A DNA stretch of 64,000 nt from Nymphaea colorata (lineage: Eukaryota): positions 27,838,001 through 27,902,000 of the forward strand of contig NC_045138.2 of NCBI RefSeq assembly GCF_008831285.2, read 5' to 3'. Both the position numbers and the translations under genes were made by a program. Positions 15,060-28,403 of this stretch are shown here, one piece after another. How positions within the stretch are numbered: the first letter of the stretch is position 1; every line of letters starts with the position of its first letter. The notes below the pieces were generated by a model, which searched no databases, was not told where the DNA came from, and saw nothing but the letters and a program-made list of their open reading frames with translations.

Positions 15060-15322
15060 TAAGCCTAGGCATCGGGTAGACCCGGCCTGACTAAATTGAA
15101 AATTGTTAATTTTTAATATAAAATAATATATAAATCTAATTAATCGTAATAAAATATTATATTTATATATAAAAATTAATAAAATAAATATTTAAAACAA
15201 ATTATTGGGCCCAACCGGGCCTCCCCGATAAATTATCGGGCTGGCACGTTGCCCTTTTTTTTGGGCTCTAGTTGGGCCAGGTATCGGGTAATGCCGGCGG
15301 TCCAGCCCGATGCTTAGCCTTA
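15060..15322. mobile_element. hAT-type MITE (GGCCCG-rich ends), nested inside an older MITE (~14947-15352)
   Basis: TIRs TAAGCCTAGGCATCGGG / CCCGATGCTTAGCCTTA; 8-bp TSD CCTTTAAC (15052-15059) / CCTCTAAC (15323-15330). The outer element has ends CAGTGGTGGAGCC / GGCTCTGCCA. Confidence 0.75.
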
Positions 15323-17319
15323 CCTCTAACCAATTTTTCTGGCTCTGCCATAGCTTTCATACATACGCCTCTCACCTGAACTATGCGACAATTCAATATT
15401 AGCCACATCCTAAGTACTGCCCTCATTATTTTCTCTTTTTTCCTCTAGCGCCCGTTTTAGCACTTTGAGAACACTATAAATAAGTAGGTGTCATACTCTT
15501 AGGTGTTGACCATTGACTACGAGAGATAATTTTAAAGAAAGAGAAAAAGATGTGAATTAATACTACATGACTAAAATGCCTTATTTTTTTTTTGTCCCAT
15601 TAGTGTTCTCTCAACCGTTTATATGAAAAAAATCAATATCCAAAATTGTTTTGATTGGACGAGCACGTTAGGATCTCACACCTACCCATCTCTAGATTAA
15701 AGTGATTAAAAAACACTTTTGTTAGAGAAAGAGTATGCAACCCAGAGGCAGATGTGCTCATGGTGTGGGCAAATGCCCACATAATCCCACCAAAAAGTGT
15801 TTTCTTTATGTTGAAACTTCATAGTAATTTTTCTCATTTACATATACATGCCTTTTAAAAATTTAAAATTATACAACTAGTGCCCCTTTTACAATCCCAT
15901 TTAAGTTGTATAGGTAAGTGTTTTTATCCATAACCTAGACCGTGTGTATCATATTTTATTTGGGAAACCCGTGCATTATTCGATTGATTATTTTTAACGA
16001 TATATTTTTAGCGTAAGAGATCAAACCACACAAAACAACGATTAACTCAAAAAACTTTTCAATAGATAATCTAATCAATTTTATTTGAATTTTCAAACAT
16101 GTTTAAGTACTCTTTCAAATTGATGGTCAAAAGCCTTAAGAGATTAGACAGCAACAATTATCTTCGATTATGTATGTGATGCGATTGCAAACGGCCCTAT
16201 CCAAAAGGAATATTGCGTACCAACACATAATTCCCACATCTCTCACACGGCAGCACACAAGTTAAAAAACACAGTGCCCATCTTTAATTAAACCAGTAGA
16301 GAATGCACGTTTGAATTCATCTAAAAGATAGTGCCTCGTTTCTCTTTCAACCGATTGATAGTCGTTTTTGATGTTCGAAACTCATCTTACAAAAAAAGCT
16401 TGTGATTCACTCAAAATCTCTGCTCTTTACAGAAAGCTTGTTGACATGGGTTTCTTTGTTTATTCATTTCTGCCTGCATTAATGAATCCATTAAATGTTT
16501 CAAGCAACCCTATTTTATATAATTTTGAGTCCACTAGATGTATTCTTCTCTTAATATTCAGTCTTATCTACTATTGCTTCGTTAGAACCATTGACATTTG
16601 CGTATCATTGCACTTCAATGTCTCTTGAAGAAGAGTAAGGACCAAGAGTACTGAACTCGGAAAAAATATTATTAGTTTGCACAATCAGAACTCGCCGAAA
16701 CCTAAAATTAAGTCATTTTTTTGAATCAAGTCAATCATGAAACCTAACTACTTGAATATCGCAGGTCAGCTTTTGATTTGGTGCCGATCCGTGAATTTGG
16801 ATACAGATCAACATGTTTATTTTAATTGCACACGCTACCCATGAGAAAAAAACATGTGGTCACATAATTGAATTACATAAAATATAAGAAAAGTAATAAA
16901 ATAATATGCAAAAGGTCTCCATTAATCTAGAAGGCACTTTGATAAATAAAACACTGAAAAGCCGAATATCAAGCCGAAGCTTCTATCTCTAATAAAAGTC
17001 CGATATAATTTCAAATCATTGAGAAGACTCTCTATGAGTGCATCGATGAGGGCATCTCGATTTCAAAGCTGTCGTGGTTCCTTAACAGGGAACAAATAAT
17101 ATAATAGTGAATAGATAATCTATCCTTGTTGGCTGTTGCATTAGAAAATTGGCGCATTATTGTTTTGATAAGCAACATTGTACATTATTGTTCATCATTA
17201 TTTTGAAGTATCACTAAACAAAAAAACGTTTTTACTGACCAGGGATATTATACTTTGTGAAAACATTACGCAGGTCTTGTATCGTGTGATTTATTGATGC
17301 AAATGTTGAGCAAATTAAA

Positions 17320-17801
17320 TGTGACACACACACACACAACCCAACCCAATCCTCCACCGGACTCGGGTCTGTAGGTTGATTGATCCCAATCCATTCCGCA
17401 ATAGTTTTTAGTTTCAATTGAAAAAAACTAGGAACCAGTACAACCAACTAATTAACAACCCCTTTTATAAGTCCTCCAAGATTCCTTATAATCTTAGATA
17501 TGAGACTAAATTGTTGGAGTGCTACAATCTACCCTTTTAAGGCACACACATTCTCGTGCGTAGGACCCTAAGCCCGAGTGTTGAACCGTACTTTGATACC
17601 ACTATAGCGACACCATATTCTGATACCACTGTAACTACTCAATCTACATCGGGCTCGAGCTCTTAGTCCAGCAGATCCCAACTCGCCCCTTAATAGTTCT
17701 GTTTCCTAGTCTTTTTTAGGCTGAAACTGAAATTGCTAAAAAGCGGGTTGAGATTCATTGGACTATAGAAGCCCGAGCCCAGTGTGGGTCGGATCGTTAC
17801 A
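17320..17801 (-). mobile_element. TRIM-like non-autonomous LTR mini-element with rearranged second terminal repeat
   Basis: LTR-like unit TGTGACA...GCTACA (17320-17526). Adjacent pyrimidine tract (PPT on minus strand). Short internal region ending in TTTGATACCA and CTGATACCA (reverse complement of the tRNA-iMet PBS TGGTATCAGAGC). Then TGTAAC...GTTACA (17630-17801). Similar to 33930-34158. Confidence 0.7.
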
Positions 17802-20379
17802 TGATACCTCCTTTGTTCAATTTCCACGCACATGATGCTGAGGTCTGACCAATGTTACCGCATTATAGAGCTATGGAACTTAATTTAAGCCTAATGTAGA
17901 GCTTCACCAAGGGGTCCATCTGTAAGAATTGATCTTTTTAGGTTTGACATATTTCACATCCACTGGCTAATCAAGTGTGAACAATGAACGAGTGATAGAA
18001 GTTTAACCGTGATTCGGTCTTATTGGTGGAGCATCAGGCCATATATAATCAACTGGTGGAGGCGGACGTGACCCCATACCAAGCTCTGCTGCAAGAGGCG
18101 CAGGTAAAAAGAAATTGAGAGATGTGAAATTCAGCTCAGATTTTTAGTACCATATGAAGCAAGGTGGAGATCACTATGAAACTTGGCACTTGATCCACGT
18201 CTGAACTAAGTTTGATTAAGGTTTATGGTTTTTTCAATTATTTTATGGGCACCGGTCAGTCAGTTCACCTACCAACTTGGGGTGATTTTCATATGGTTAG
18301 GTAAAGTAAAATGATCTACATCCATAACTAGTGGCACTTAATTAGTACCTAAAGTGAAGTTGGTCCTAGATTCAGACCCACCCAATTAATGAAAGTCCAA
18401 AACAATGACGACTCTACATATCTTCATTAATTAGTAACTGAATTGACAAGGATCCAGCAGTAAACTAAAAATGTAGTTAGATCATTCAATACCCAAATGG
18501 CGACCCTGGGATCTTCCATATAGAAAAAGGCCCTCATTATTTGTAAGATCACCTACACACTGCGACCACCTCTTTGTTTCCTTGAATTAGCAAAACTACG
18601 GTTAGATAGAAATCGACTAGTTAGAATAACACGCATAACCTTCCATGCATTAGCTTTTTCAGTTTGCCGACGTTCATTTGTAAACTTTTTTTGGGCTTTT
18701 CGTGTTTTACTTTGAAACGAGAAGTTGGTCTTTCGTGTAGTGATCTTTGAAAAATCGCTATCGCGTTCGGTGCATTATTAATGCCGCTGTGTCAAATCGA
18801 AGGCAGCTTGGCAAAAGTCACCGGCAGAGTCAAACCGGTGACTTTAGTGAACTTTGTCCAAGTTGGTAAGGATATGGTTCATGGTCTTGGACAACAACGT
18901 TTTGAATCAGAACTCCGCTCCAACTCTACACCGTTCATTCGACTCGTATGAGTCAGGCCGACTATATGTGTGGCCGAACCCACCAAGATAGGTTCACGGG
19001 TTCATCTCCAGGCTCGAGTTCAGATTGCGAAAACTAATTGGTGAACTCAACCAAGTTCGAGGTCCATTTGGCATAAGTTCATGCAAAGTTGGATCTCTAG
19101 TCCGTTCTCCATCTAAAGTTGAATGATCTTCCAGGATACCATGACTCCACTTGATGCCTTTTTACTCTTTGGTCTCCCCTTAATAAGAAAGGAGCCAGTG
19201 AAAATTTCACATCTTGTGCCAGAAACACAAAAGAAAATAAAAAAAAAAGGAAAATCCTGTCACATGAAATTTTGTATAATGAAAACTAAAGATAGGCATC
19301 GGGACTGGCCCATGCCCATGATAAGACAGGCATGAACTGGCTATTTGACCCACATTTCGGAGCAGTAAAAAAAGCCTGCTGGGTTGGGCCAGACCAAGTT
19401 GGGTACCAGGGGCCAAACTTAGCTTGATACATCCTTTTAAACTTCATCTCTAGCTATTCTCTCTTTGTCTTTCTTTGTCTCTCTCTCTCTCGAACTTCTA
19501 AATTTTGTTATGCATTTTCATTTTATCGGCTCTTTGTCTCTCCCATACACACACATATGTATAAATATGTACCATCTTCATCGGCGAGACATCGGAAGCC
19601 GTCTCCCTTTCTCAATCATTGTCTCTCCCATACACACACACTCTCTGTTAAAGAATACAAACTCTTGGTGGGTTGACATGTTTTGCATATTTTAGAAAAT
19701 TAAACGTTGAGAATTTTGAATAAGAGAACACTGAGCCGATTATTCAACGGGTATGAAGTTGATGAGTGGGCAGACCCGATAATGGAGTGGGCTGGGCCAA
19801 GCAAGCGCTGTCAAGTCATGCCCAGCCTATCAATTTGATTGATAATTTTCTATCCAAATATGGCCAGGTGTAGGGAGAGCGAGACCAATATAGGTAGGCT
19901 GCACAACTTAACTATAGTCATTCGTTCATGGCCATGGTGCGAAAACTGATAATAGTATGAGCTGATCTTATGGTATCCAAACTGAAACCTGAAACACCAA
20001 TATCTATCTGAGGCCAATCACGCGAGAACAATATCCAATGACAGAACCATCTCAGTAAAGGATCACACGCAGAAAAAGTGTTAAATGAACTGTTACAGAG
20101 ACCAAGAAGCTTCTTCTCGGGGAAGCCAAAGTTCACCTGTAAGCTTAACGGAAAGAACATGTAGGTTGTGAATTTGAGATGACACAAACAAAGGAAAAGA
20201 GAAGGAAAAGGTTATGCAGAGCAGTAGCAGAAATCAGAAGGCAGCAGCTTGTACATGTTCCATTAATGGGACACATGGAAAGAAAAGCAAAGATAGAGAA
20301 AAAGCAGGGCGCGCAAAAGATGAATTTAATTACTTGGAGTTTGGCCATCTCGCGCGCTGCAATGGATCCGGATGACGAA

Positions 20380-21379
20380 CTAGCGGGCTGGTGGAGCCGT
20401 TGGTGCATCTATAAATGACAAATCGGTAATTTCAGATTGCTCCGTTCTTGACCCTGATGCAAATGTGTAACCTTCATCTACTGAATCAGAGAGATCCATC
20501 TGTAGAGCTTCTTTCAGTTCTTGCACAATGAATGTCATCGTGGGCCTATCTTCTCCTCTATCTGAAGTGCATCTCACGGCTACATCTGCTACTCTCCTTA
20601 TTGACTTGATACTGTAACGCCCCTCGATTCTGCCATCAACAATGCCCAAGAGATCTCCTGTATAAAGCAGGGATTTTGCCCATTGAGCTATGTGAAGGGG
20701 CTTCCCGGCAGAGAATAATATGGGTCTTTGCCCTGAGATTATTTCCAAAAGAACGACGCCGAAACTGTAAACGTCACTCTTCACAGTAGCCGTGCAGGTG
20801 ATGGAGTACCTAAAAACAAGTGAAACCATTTCAAAGAACTTCAATGGATTATGAATAATCATGTTGAAAGTGAAAGTGCTCCAGTTGAAACATTGAGAAC
20901 TACTATTATGTCATATTTCTTTTCCTGATAATAATAGACAAATTTTGCTTATGATTGTCTGATTCAGTTGAACTTGTCCTTCCAAACAGAGTGGTACTTA
21001 TGGAAATTATGTTCGATAAGTATTGCTAGACAAAATGATTTTTTGCTTTCTCGAAATGCTTGTCGCTGAAATGTGTCTGCAAGAAAGCACAAAGCCAGTG
21101 GTGGTGCCAACTGCAGGAAGTTCAAATGTTGTACAATTTCCACTTACTCCGGGTCTATATATCCAGGCGTTCCAGCAACTGCAGTTACCATGGAGTTAAA
21201 CCCATCATGATTTTCAGCCTTGGATAGTCCAAAATCTGCCAACTTGGCTTCAAAGTTTTCATTTAAAAGGATGTTAGATGTCTTGATATCTCTATGAATA
21301 ATTGGGGGTGAGCATCCTGTATGCAAGTACTCCAAACCTGCAGTCCCAAAGGCTTGAATTATTCTTGAACAAGCCACAT

Positions 21380-21438
<59 letters not shown>

Positions 21439-24400
21439 GAGAACCAGTTGCAGCACTTAATGCGATTTCGAGGCGTTTCCTCCATGTCAAGTTTACTAAA
21501 TTGTTTTCTTTGGCTGCAAAACATCTTAGGTTAGCTTTCATCAAGCCATGAGCATAAACATGAATATACATATAAATATGTGTATGTCTCCGTATTGGTG
21601 GTGCAAACTAACTACTCTGCTGCTTTTGTTTAACACGGCCATTGGATACACACCGCAGGCTCCTTTTACCTAAAACTGAAACTTTGAGGTCAATCACAAC
21701 TGATGGATCTGTTTGCTCCATATAAACATTATTTACTAACTGCTGAAGTAAACAATATGCAAGTATAACAAGGGTTCCTAACCAGCGAGTACATATTATA
21801 CAAAAACATTTTTGCAATTTGAGATAACAAGTCACTCATGAAAACTTGATCGATTATTTTAAAATTTAAACTACTTGTGTGGATTTCATTATGCATATCA
21901 GCCTTGCCAAAGTACTTCAGCTCGTCGCATACAAATCCGAAGACCGTTTCTACTCTCAATATAGTTATAGACTTTTCTTAGTTAATCTTCCATTGCAATC
22001 AATTAGAAATAGCTGTCTTTCTGGTAGCAGGAGCGGAAGCAAACAAGTGAAAAAACATAGTTGTGAATGACCAACACAAAAAGAGCTTTATTTTTTAAAA
22101 ATGTGCACTCTGCCTGCAAGAGTAGATGAAGGTTCAGATACCTACCTGACAGCAACTTTTGCAAAGTTCCCTTAGCCATGTACTCATAAATAATGATCAT
22201 GTTATTTTTGTCGCTGCAGTAGCCAATGAAAGAAACTAAGTTTTTGTGGTGCACTCGCATCAATGATGTAATCTGCAAATCAATGAGGGCATTTAGTCGT
22301 TGGACATAGTGATAAGCAAGTAAGCAAAATAACAAAAACTTTGTTTTCTTTTGTTCTCATTGGGTATCTAGCCACCTCTGCTGCAAATTGTTTGGCTAAT
22401 TGGTTTGTTAAATTGTTTAGTTTCTTCACCGCAACTTCACTGCCTCTAAGGAGGCCATGGTAAACATATCCTGATCCTCCTCCGCCTATAACTCGCTGAA
22501 AGTTATCGGTAGCTTCAGCAAGCTCAGTAGAAGTGAAGGTATGATCCCCTTTGAAGACCAATGGTTCATCTGAATTGTGTCATTGAAGGGCAAAAAGTGG
22601 TTTCAGTTTTCTCACAAAAATATTTCTAATAATTCAGTATAGCAAAGTGTCTTTACCTGGTCCCTGTGGCACATCCCCTTGCTTCACTTGCAATTGGAAA
22701 TGAGCTTGCCCCAAAAAAGTTACAAAGAATAAAGCCAGATTTGTCAGTAGATTACTCCAGCCCCGTGATTAATTGGCTATCAAGAAAATAATGGCTAATT
22801 GGTATTGAATCGCTAAGGTTGTCATACCAAATGTGAACTACTTGCAGAGTTTCTTGATCTAAGTTTACAACTAAACCAACCTATATACAAAATTACCCAT
22901 TTCCAAATGCTTATTGTTTGTAGAATAATAATCTTAGTAGAAAGATGTTAATTACAATATTTCACATGAACGGACAGATGCTTCAAGGAAACAAAGTAAG
23001 GTGTCCACGTTAGTAGATAAAGAAGCCTCAAAACTGATCTAGGTTCATATATTACTTAGGTAAATCCAAGTTAGTTATGCTTCTGGTACGAATAGATTCA
23101 AGCAAAAAAAATCGCTATTGCATATCGATGCACCGAAGCTTAGATCTATATTGTGAAGCAATTGGCTGGTTTGGCCTTGGTTGCCATCTTAGCAGCAAAA
23201 ACGATGAAGTTGGGTGATGATGGCAGAAGATGGGAAGATTAACCAATGTGTTTGTTCACTGATGAGGCAACAGAGCGATGAAGCGAAAGAATCAGTCTTT
23301 TCACTGCTTATATGTCTCTTCATGGTTAGTGGACAATGGGGGTAATTAATCGACAAGTATAAGCTTCAAATTGAAGCACAGAATACCACCCATCATCATC
23401 GACAACCGCACATTCTTGACTTCCATTATTTTCATAACTATTTCTCAATCTCCCCGTATATTATTTAGCATCGATGGGTGTTTCATATTAAAATGTAAAT
23501 GTCAAATCTGAGTGCGACAATCGAGAGGGACCCATTAATGGCATCTCAAAAATCGTTCGAAGTTGCACAAGTCAAAGTTCACAACATCTGGTAGATGCAT
23601 CGCCAACATCTTCCAATCATGCTTTCTGTTCGGATAAGTACGAGGTCTATGCCATATGCCAGAGAGTAGACACTGCTATAAAACAACGAAAGAAGACACA
23701 TAGAAGGAAAAGGGAGACTGGTAAGAACATAGTATTCTTAGATCATGTCTTCCTTTATAGGAACATATGTTCCCAGAACACAATGTCTCTTCCCAAATGT
23801 CTTAGAAGGAGATATTCTTGATCCCCTTAGTGTTTCATTTATGTAGGAGGGATGATAGGACAGGCGACTATTCTTGTTCTTCCCTTTTCTACTTCTTTTG
23901 ACTTTGTATGCAAGCGATTGTTAGGAAGGCCTCTGCTCCTTATCTCTTTCTATATATGTATATGTGTGTGCGCGCGTGTGCTTGGCCTGAAAATCAGCAT
24001 CCCAGATACATGGTGTGGGGATATTGGCATTTACCTGCATTTCTTCTTCTCAGATACGTGTACAGGGCAATTACCAATGCCAGAATAACAGCTGATGCTA
24101 CCACTAGTAGTATGATGAGTAACATATGGTTTGGTTTTGGGGTGTCTAGATTGTCAGTCCTGCGCCCACATGTTGTTCAAAAGGTCAGTCTCAAATGCTG
24201 ATCTAGTAGCTGACACGACTATGCAAGTGAAATCGATGCCCACCTCAACACGAGCTGTCCATTCTTTTGCCTCTCCACTAAACTGCTTGGAACAGGTCCA
24301 GACAAGTGGTTGTGGGTCAAGTCCCTGAGATCAAAAGTGCTCAATGAGTTCACTCATGGAATTATGACAAATGAGCTCATGAAGATGGCAAAGTCATTGC

Positions 24401-27400
24401 AGCACTCACAATGAAGTCAAACTTTTTATTTTTCCTAAAGAGTCTGGTATAGGACCCTTCAAGTTATTTCCTGATAAATTTCTGCATCAAGATCACATAT
24501 TGTAATCAAGAAAAGTCTCAAATTGTGTGGAATATTACGGTATTACTTACAGTGATTGGATTGCAGTCAGTTGGGCAAAATAATCTGTTATGGGTCCTTC
24601 TAGCCCACTGTTTGAAAGATCCCTATACGCAAATAGTCTATCAGCTCTGCTATATATCAATCTGTATAACACACATGTAGCCTATGATGTTATATCACAA
24701 CAGATCTAATAAGTGTGTTACTCACAAGGAAATAACTCTTGGCGCTGCAGGGTTGCTAAAGCTGCAATTGAGTCCGTCCCAGAAGTAACCCTGAGGAAGG
24801 CAGGGATCACCCACCCAATTCTTCTGCAAGTGGTAAGAGTCTTTAATCGCCACTAGTGCATCAGCTGCCATTGAGGACAAGATTTATATATTAATGTGTT
24901 TGAGTACCATTGCTACATGAAATTGTGAAAATTTAGCTTAAAAAAGTAGTTTCCGGGCTTACTATCCTGACTATAAGTTGCATATCCAGTAGCCTTGTAT
25001 GCCTTGTAAACCTCGAACCCATTGATGCTAGGCCGTGTGGAACCATTTGTTGCAGATATGGAGACTGAATAGGCGTCATAGCGTAGGGGCTGGTCATCAT
25101 ACAGTGTCATTGACTTCATGTATCCAACACTGAACGTACAAATCAATTTGCCACTAATATCTACCGTCATGTTACTTGCTTCCGAGTTTCCGTACTGTAT
25201 CAGACCTGAGAAATACAAAAATATGAAGAAACCATCTGCCTGATCATCTGCCGGCCAACTGAACCTTATAGGAGTAGATGAGAATTCTGCAGTTTGAAAG
25301 ATAGCTGCGGGAACCGGGAAATCTGGTCTCCCGGTCAAGTAGACTGAAGTGTTGCGAATGGGAGTGCCATATCCATTATATTCAGGTGTCCAGATACGAT
25401 CGAAAGCGTCATCTGTGAACCTGCAACAGAAAAAGAAATAGATTTTGGTTATGGCATGTGGAGACTGATGTACTCATCAACTACTGCAACCACTAAAATG
25501 CACCAAGCTTTTTTTTTCTTCTTTTGCTGTAACTATGCGTTCCATTATGTTCAGGACATCTCGCTCACGACTTGCACAAGAGCACCTCTTTCTTCAGCAG
25601 CTGTTTTTCTTTTCTTCGGAAGTACAAAAACCACTGTTGAGATTTTAGAGTGACAATGGTCTCCTCCCAGAAGAGTACGTTGAAAGTCTCGAGTGAAGTC
25701 CCCTTGAACTACTTGTCCAGTGATCTAGGAATCAGGATTCTGTATGCGATTACTCATTCCTAGATCAACACATTCTAAACATTTTGATTTGATGCTCCGA
25801 GTTTTTTCGGCTTGCAGAATCCAACTTAATAATTGAAAGAGTCATATGATGTATTCACCTATTGTTCTTTCAGACAAAAATCCGTCCATATGGACAAAAT
25901 TTCTGAAAAATGGCAAACGTCATGAATGCCGAAACTCGAGATGACATGGGGTGAAAATTTTATATGCAGCAAGACTACCAACCGACACGCTCTAACTGAG
26001 TAAGATAATTCCGTATCCAGAAAAAAGTAGTACACAATTCATTCTCTCCTCCACAGCCATATTTAGCTAGAGATGGGAGAGCCTTGAACTAAGGATAGAA
26101 GTAGGACAATCCCATTAGTTGGGCATGTTACCAATTTGACTACTTCCACCTTCTTTCATCTCCCACCTTGGAGATATTGTCTATTGAATAATTGTTCATG
26201 CGGTTCATGGCTTCCTTCACTCTGTAGTCCAAATGGTCCATGGATTTCCTATATATAGGATTCAAGGAATGCATGAAGACTCGCAAACTTTAAAATTTTC
26301 AATAATAAAAAATCATGCAAACATCTAGATTCCGGCACAAAATGCAGTTTCTACCAAGTTTTATGAAGCTTCTTCGACCCAGAAATGAACGTTTCCAACA
26401 GAAAACAAATGGAGACAAAAGTGTAGAAACAAGCGGAGATATAGTAAGAGAATACGAACCTGGATGGCCCCATCGAACCCGTATTGGTTCGCATTTGCGT
26501 TATTAACCAGCTCGTTCCATTATAAATTTCATCAGGGAGAGGCCGAACCTCCAAAACAGAGATGAAGGGGATGCCACCGCCAGTTCTCACCAGACATACG
26601 TTTACAGAGGTGTTTGCTGTGACGATGATCTCAGTCCATAGAATGTGGCTTGCATTGTCTATCTTCACCGTGTACCAGGGATCAACTCCCAAGTAAATAT
26701 CGAAGATTGGCAGAATGTTCTGCCCATCGTAGTTGCCATACATGAAAGAAGCACGAAACAGATATCTCTTCCCCTGTATCAATGGCTTCAAGTCGTAACA
26801 GTTCCTCCCGTAACTGGGGAAGGACCTTAACGTCTGGTACATTGTTGGATTGCTTATGAACTGGCTAGCAACGCTTTTGATTTCACCAGAATCGATGTAC
26901 TGGTCATCCGAAGTGTAGACATAGCCTAATTCATCGGTGGTCGTGGAATCGTTGGGAAGCCCACAGTTTAAATTTATGAATCCTGTCATATTAATTAGTT
27001 CACAGATGTGCTTAGAGGTGGTTATGAACATCAAGGGAAGCATTTACTGTGATAAAATTTCTTGATATAACTATCATGAATTTTTTATATAGTGGATGAG
27101 TCATATATTTTAAAGTACGAAGAATTTCTTTTGTGTTTTTATAATTTTATAAATGTTAAAGTGTTAAACAACGAAAATAGCCTCCTGTGTTTTTTTTTTT
27201 TTTGCTATTTCTAAGGTTTACTTTTTTTATATCCATAAGAGGGGATAACAATTTTGTAGAAGATTATATTGTAAAATTAAAATTTTGGCAGCATGATTTT
27301 GTTTTGAGATGGCCAATGTCATATGATTATCGACCCTTTTATATGTTTAACGTTTTCTAATACTTTTGTTTTTTATATGATTGAAATTTCACTTTATCAC

Positions 27401-28358
27401 TGTTTGGGCTGTTTGGGCATCTCGCTCGGGTACTTGACGGATATCGGGTACCTGTCCCAATTGAGCCCGGGCTCAAAAAAATCAATTCGCGCCAGCCCTC
27501 GGACAGGCCCCGATCGGCCCTATTTACTTTTTTATATTATTTTTATTTAATAATGACATATACATTATTATTAAAAATATATTTTATATTTGAAATTTTT
27601 TTATTTTATACTTAAAAAATATTTTTTATTTTAATCGGACCGAGCCCGAGCTCGGATGTCGGCTATCGGGCCAGTCCCAGACTCAATTTTCAGTGTCGGG
27701 CCGGCCCGATGCCCAGGCCTATCATGACTTTATTAATTTACACAACAAAACCTAGCAAGTTTTTTCTATTTCAGTTTACTGAATTAATTAGGATTTGTAA
27801 ATTTAAGGAAAAAGGAAAGGTTATATTGCCTCTAAAAAGCTTATAAGCAAGTCAAAATTGATCAAAGCAAATCTAATGCTACTTCTTGCTCAGGTGCCAA
27901 AATGATTAAAATTCTTACCCGCAATTGACAAGTCCTCCTTACAACGAAAAGATACAAAGATGATAAACAAAATCACCTTCCGAAAAAGATGAAAAAGCCT
28001 CCCACAGAACCATGTGGAAGGTTGTAAAATTTGCCCACTGACTTCAGGGATGGACCTGAGCATCTACAATGCTTTAAAGAATCTCATGGGATGTTCAATT
28101 AGAATATCACTAGGAAGTGTAGCATGAAAAAAACAATTTCTTCGGAAAAGAGATAGATAAAGTGTAGTTTTACCAATTAAAAAGGTCAAAGAAGATGAAT
28201 TGCATCTCTTAGAACAGTTTTTTTAAATCTTAAGTTATGTGACTCACGTTCAGTGATAACAAGTTGCAGCAGTGTATACATGGGTATCGAGATGCCAGCT
28301 CATGACATGAATATTTATATATATATATGGGTATTGAAATGCCAGCTCATGACATGTG

Positions 28359-28403
<45 letters not shown>

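Noticed and set aside
18815..18846. AAAGTCACCGG-N10-CCGGTGACTTT inverted repeat
   Set aside because: Isolated 11-bp stem, too short for a miRNA precursor; probably a transposon relic.
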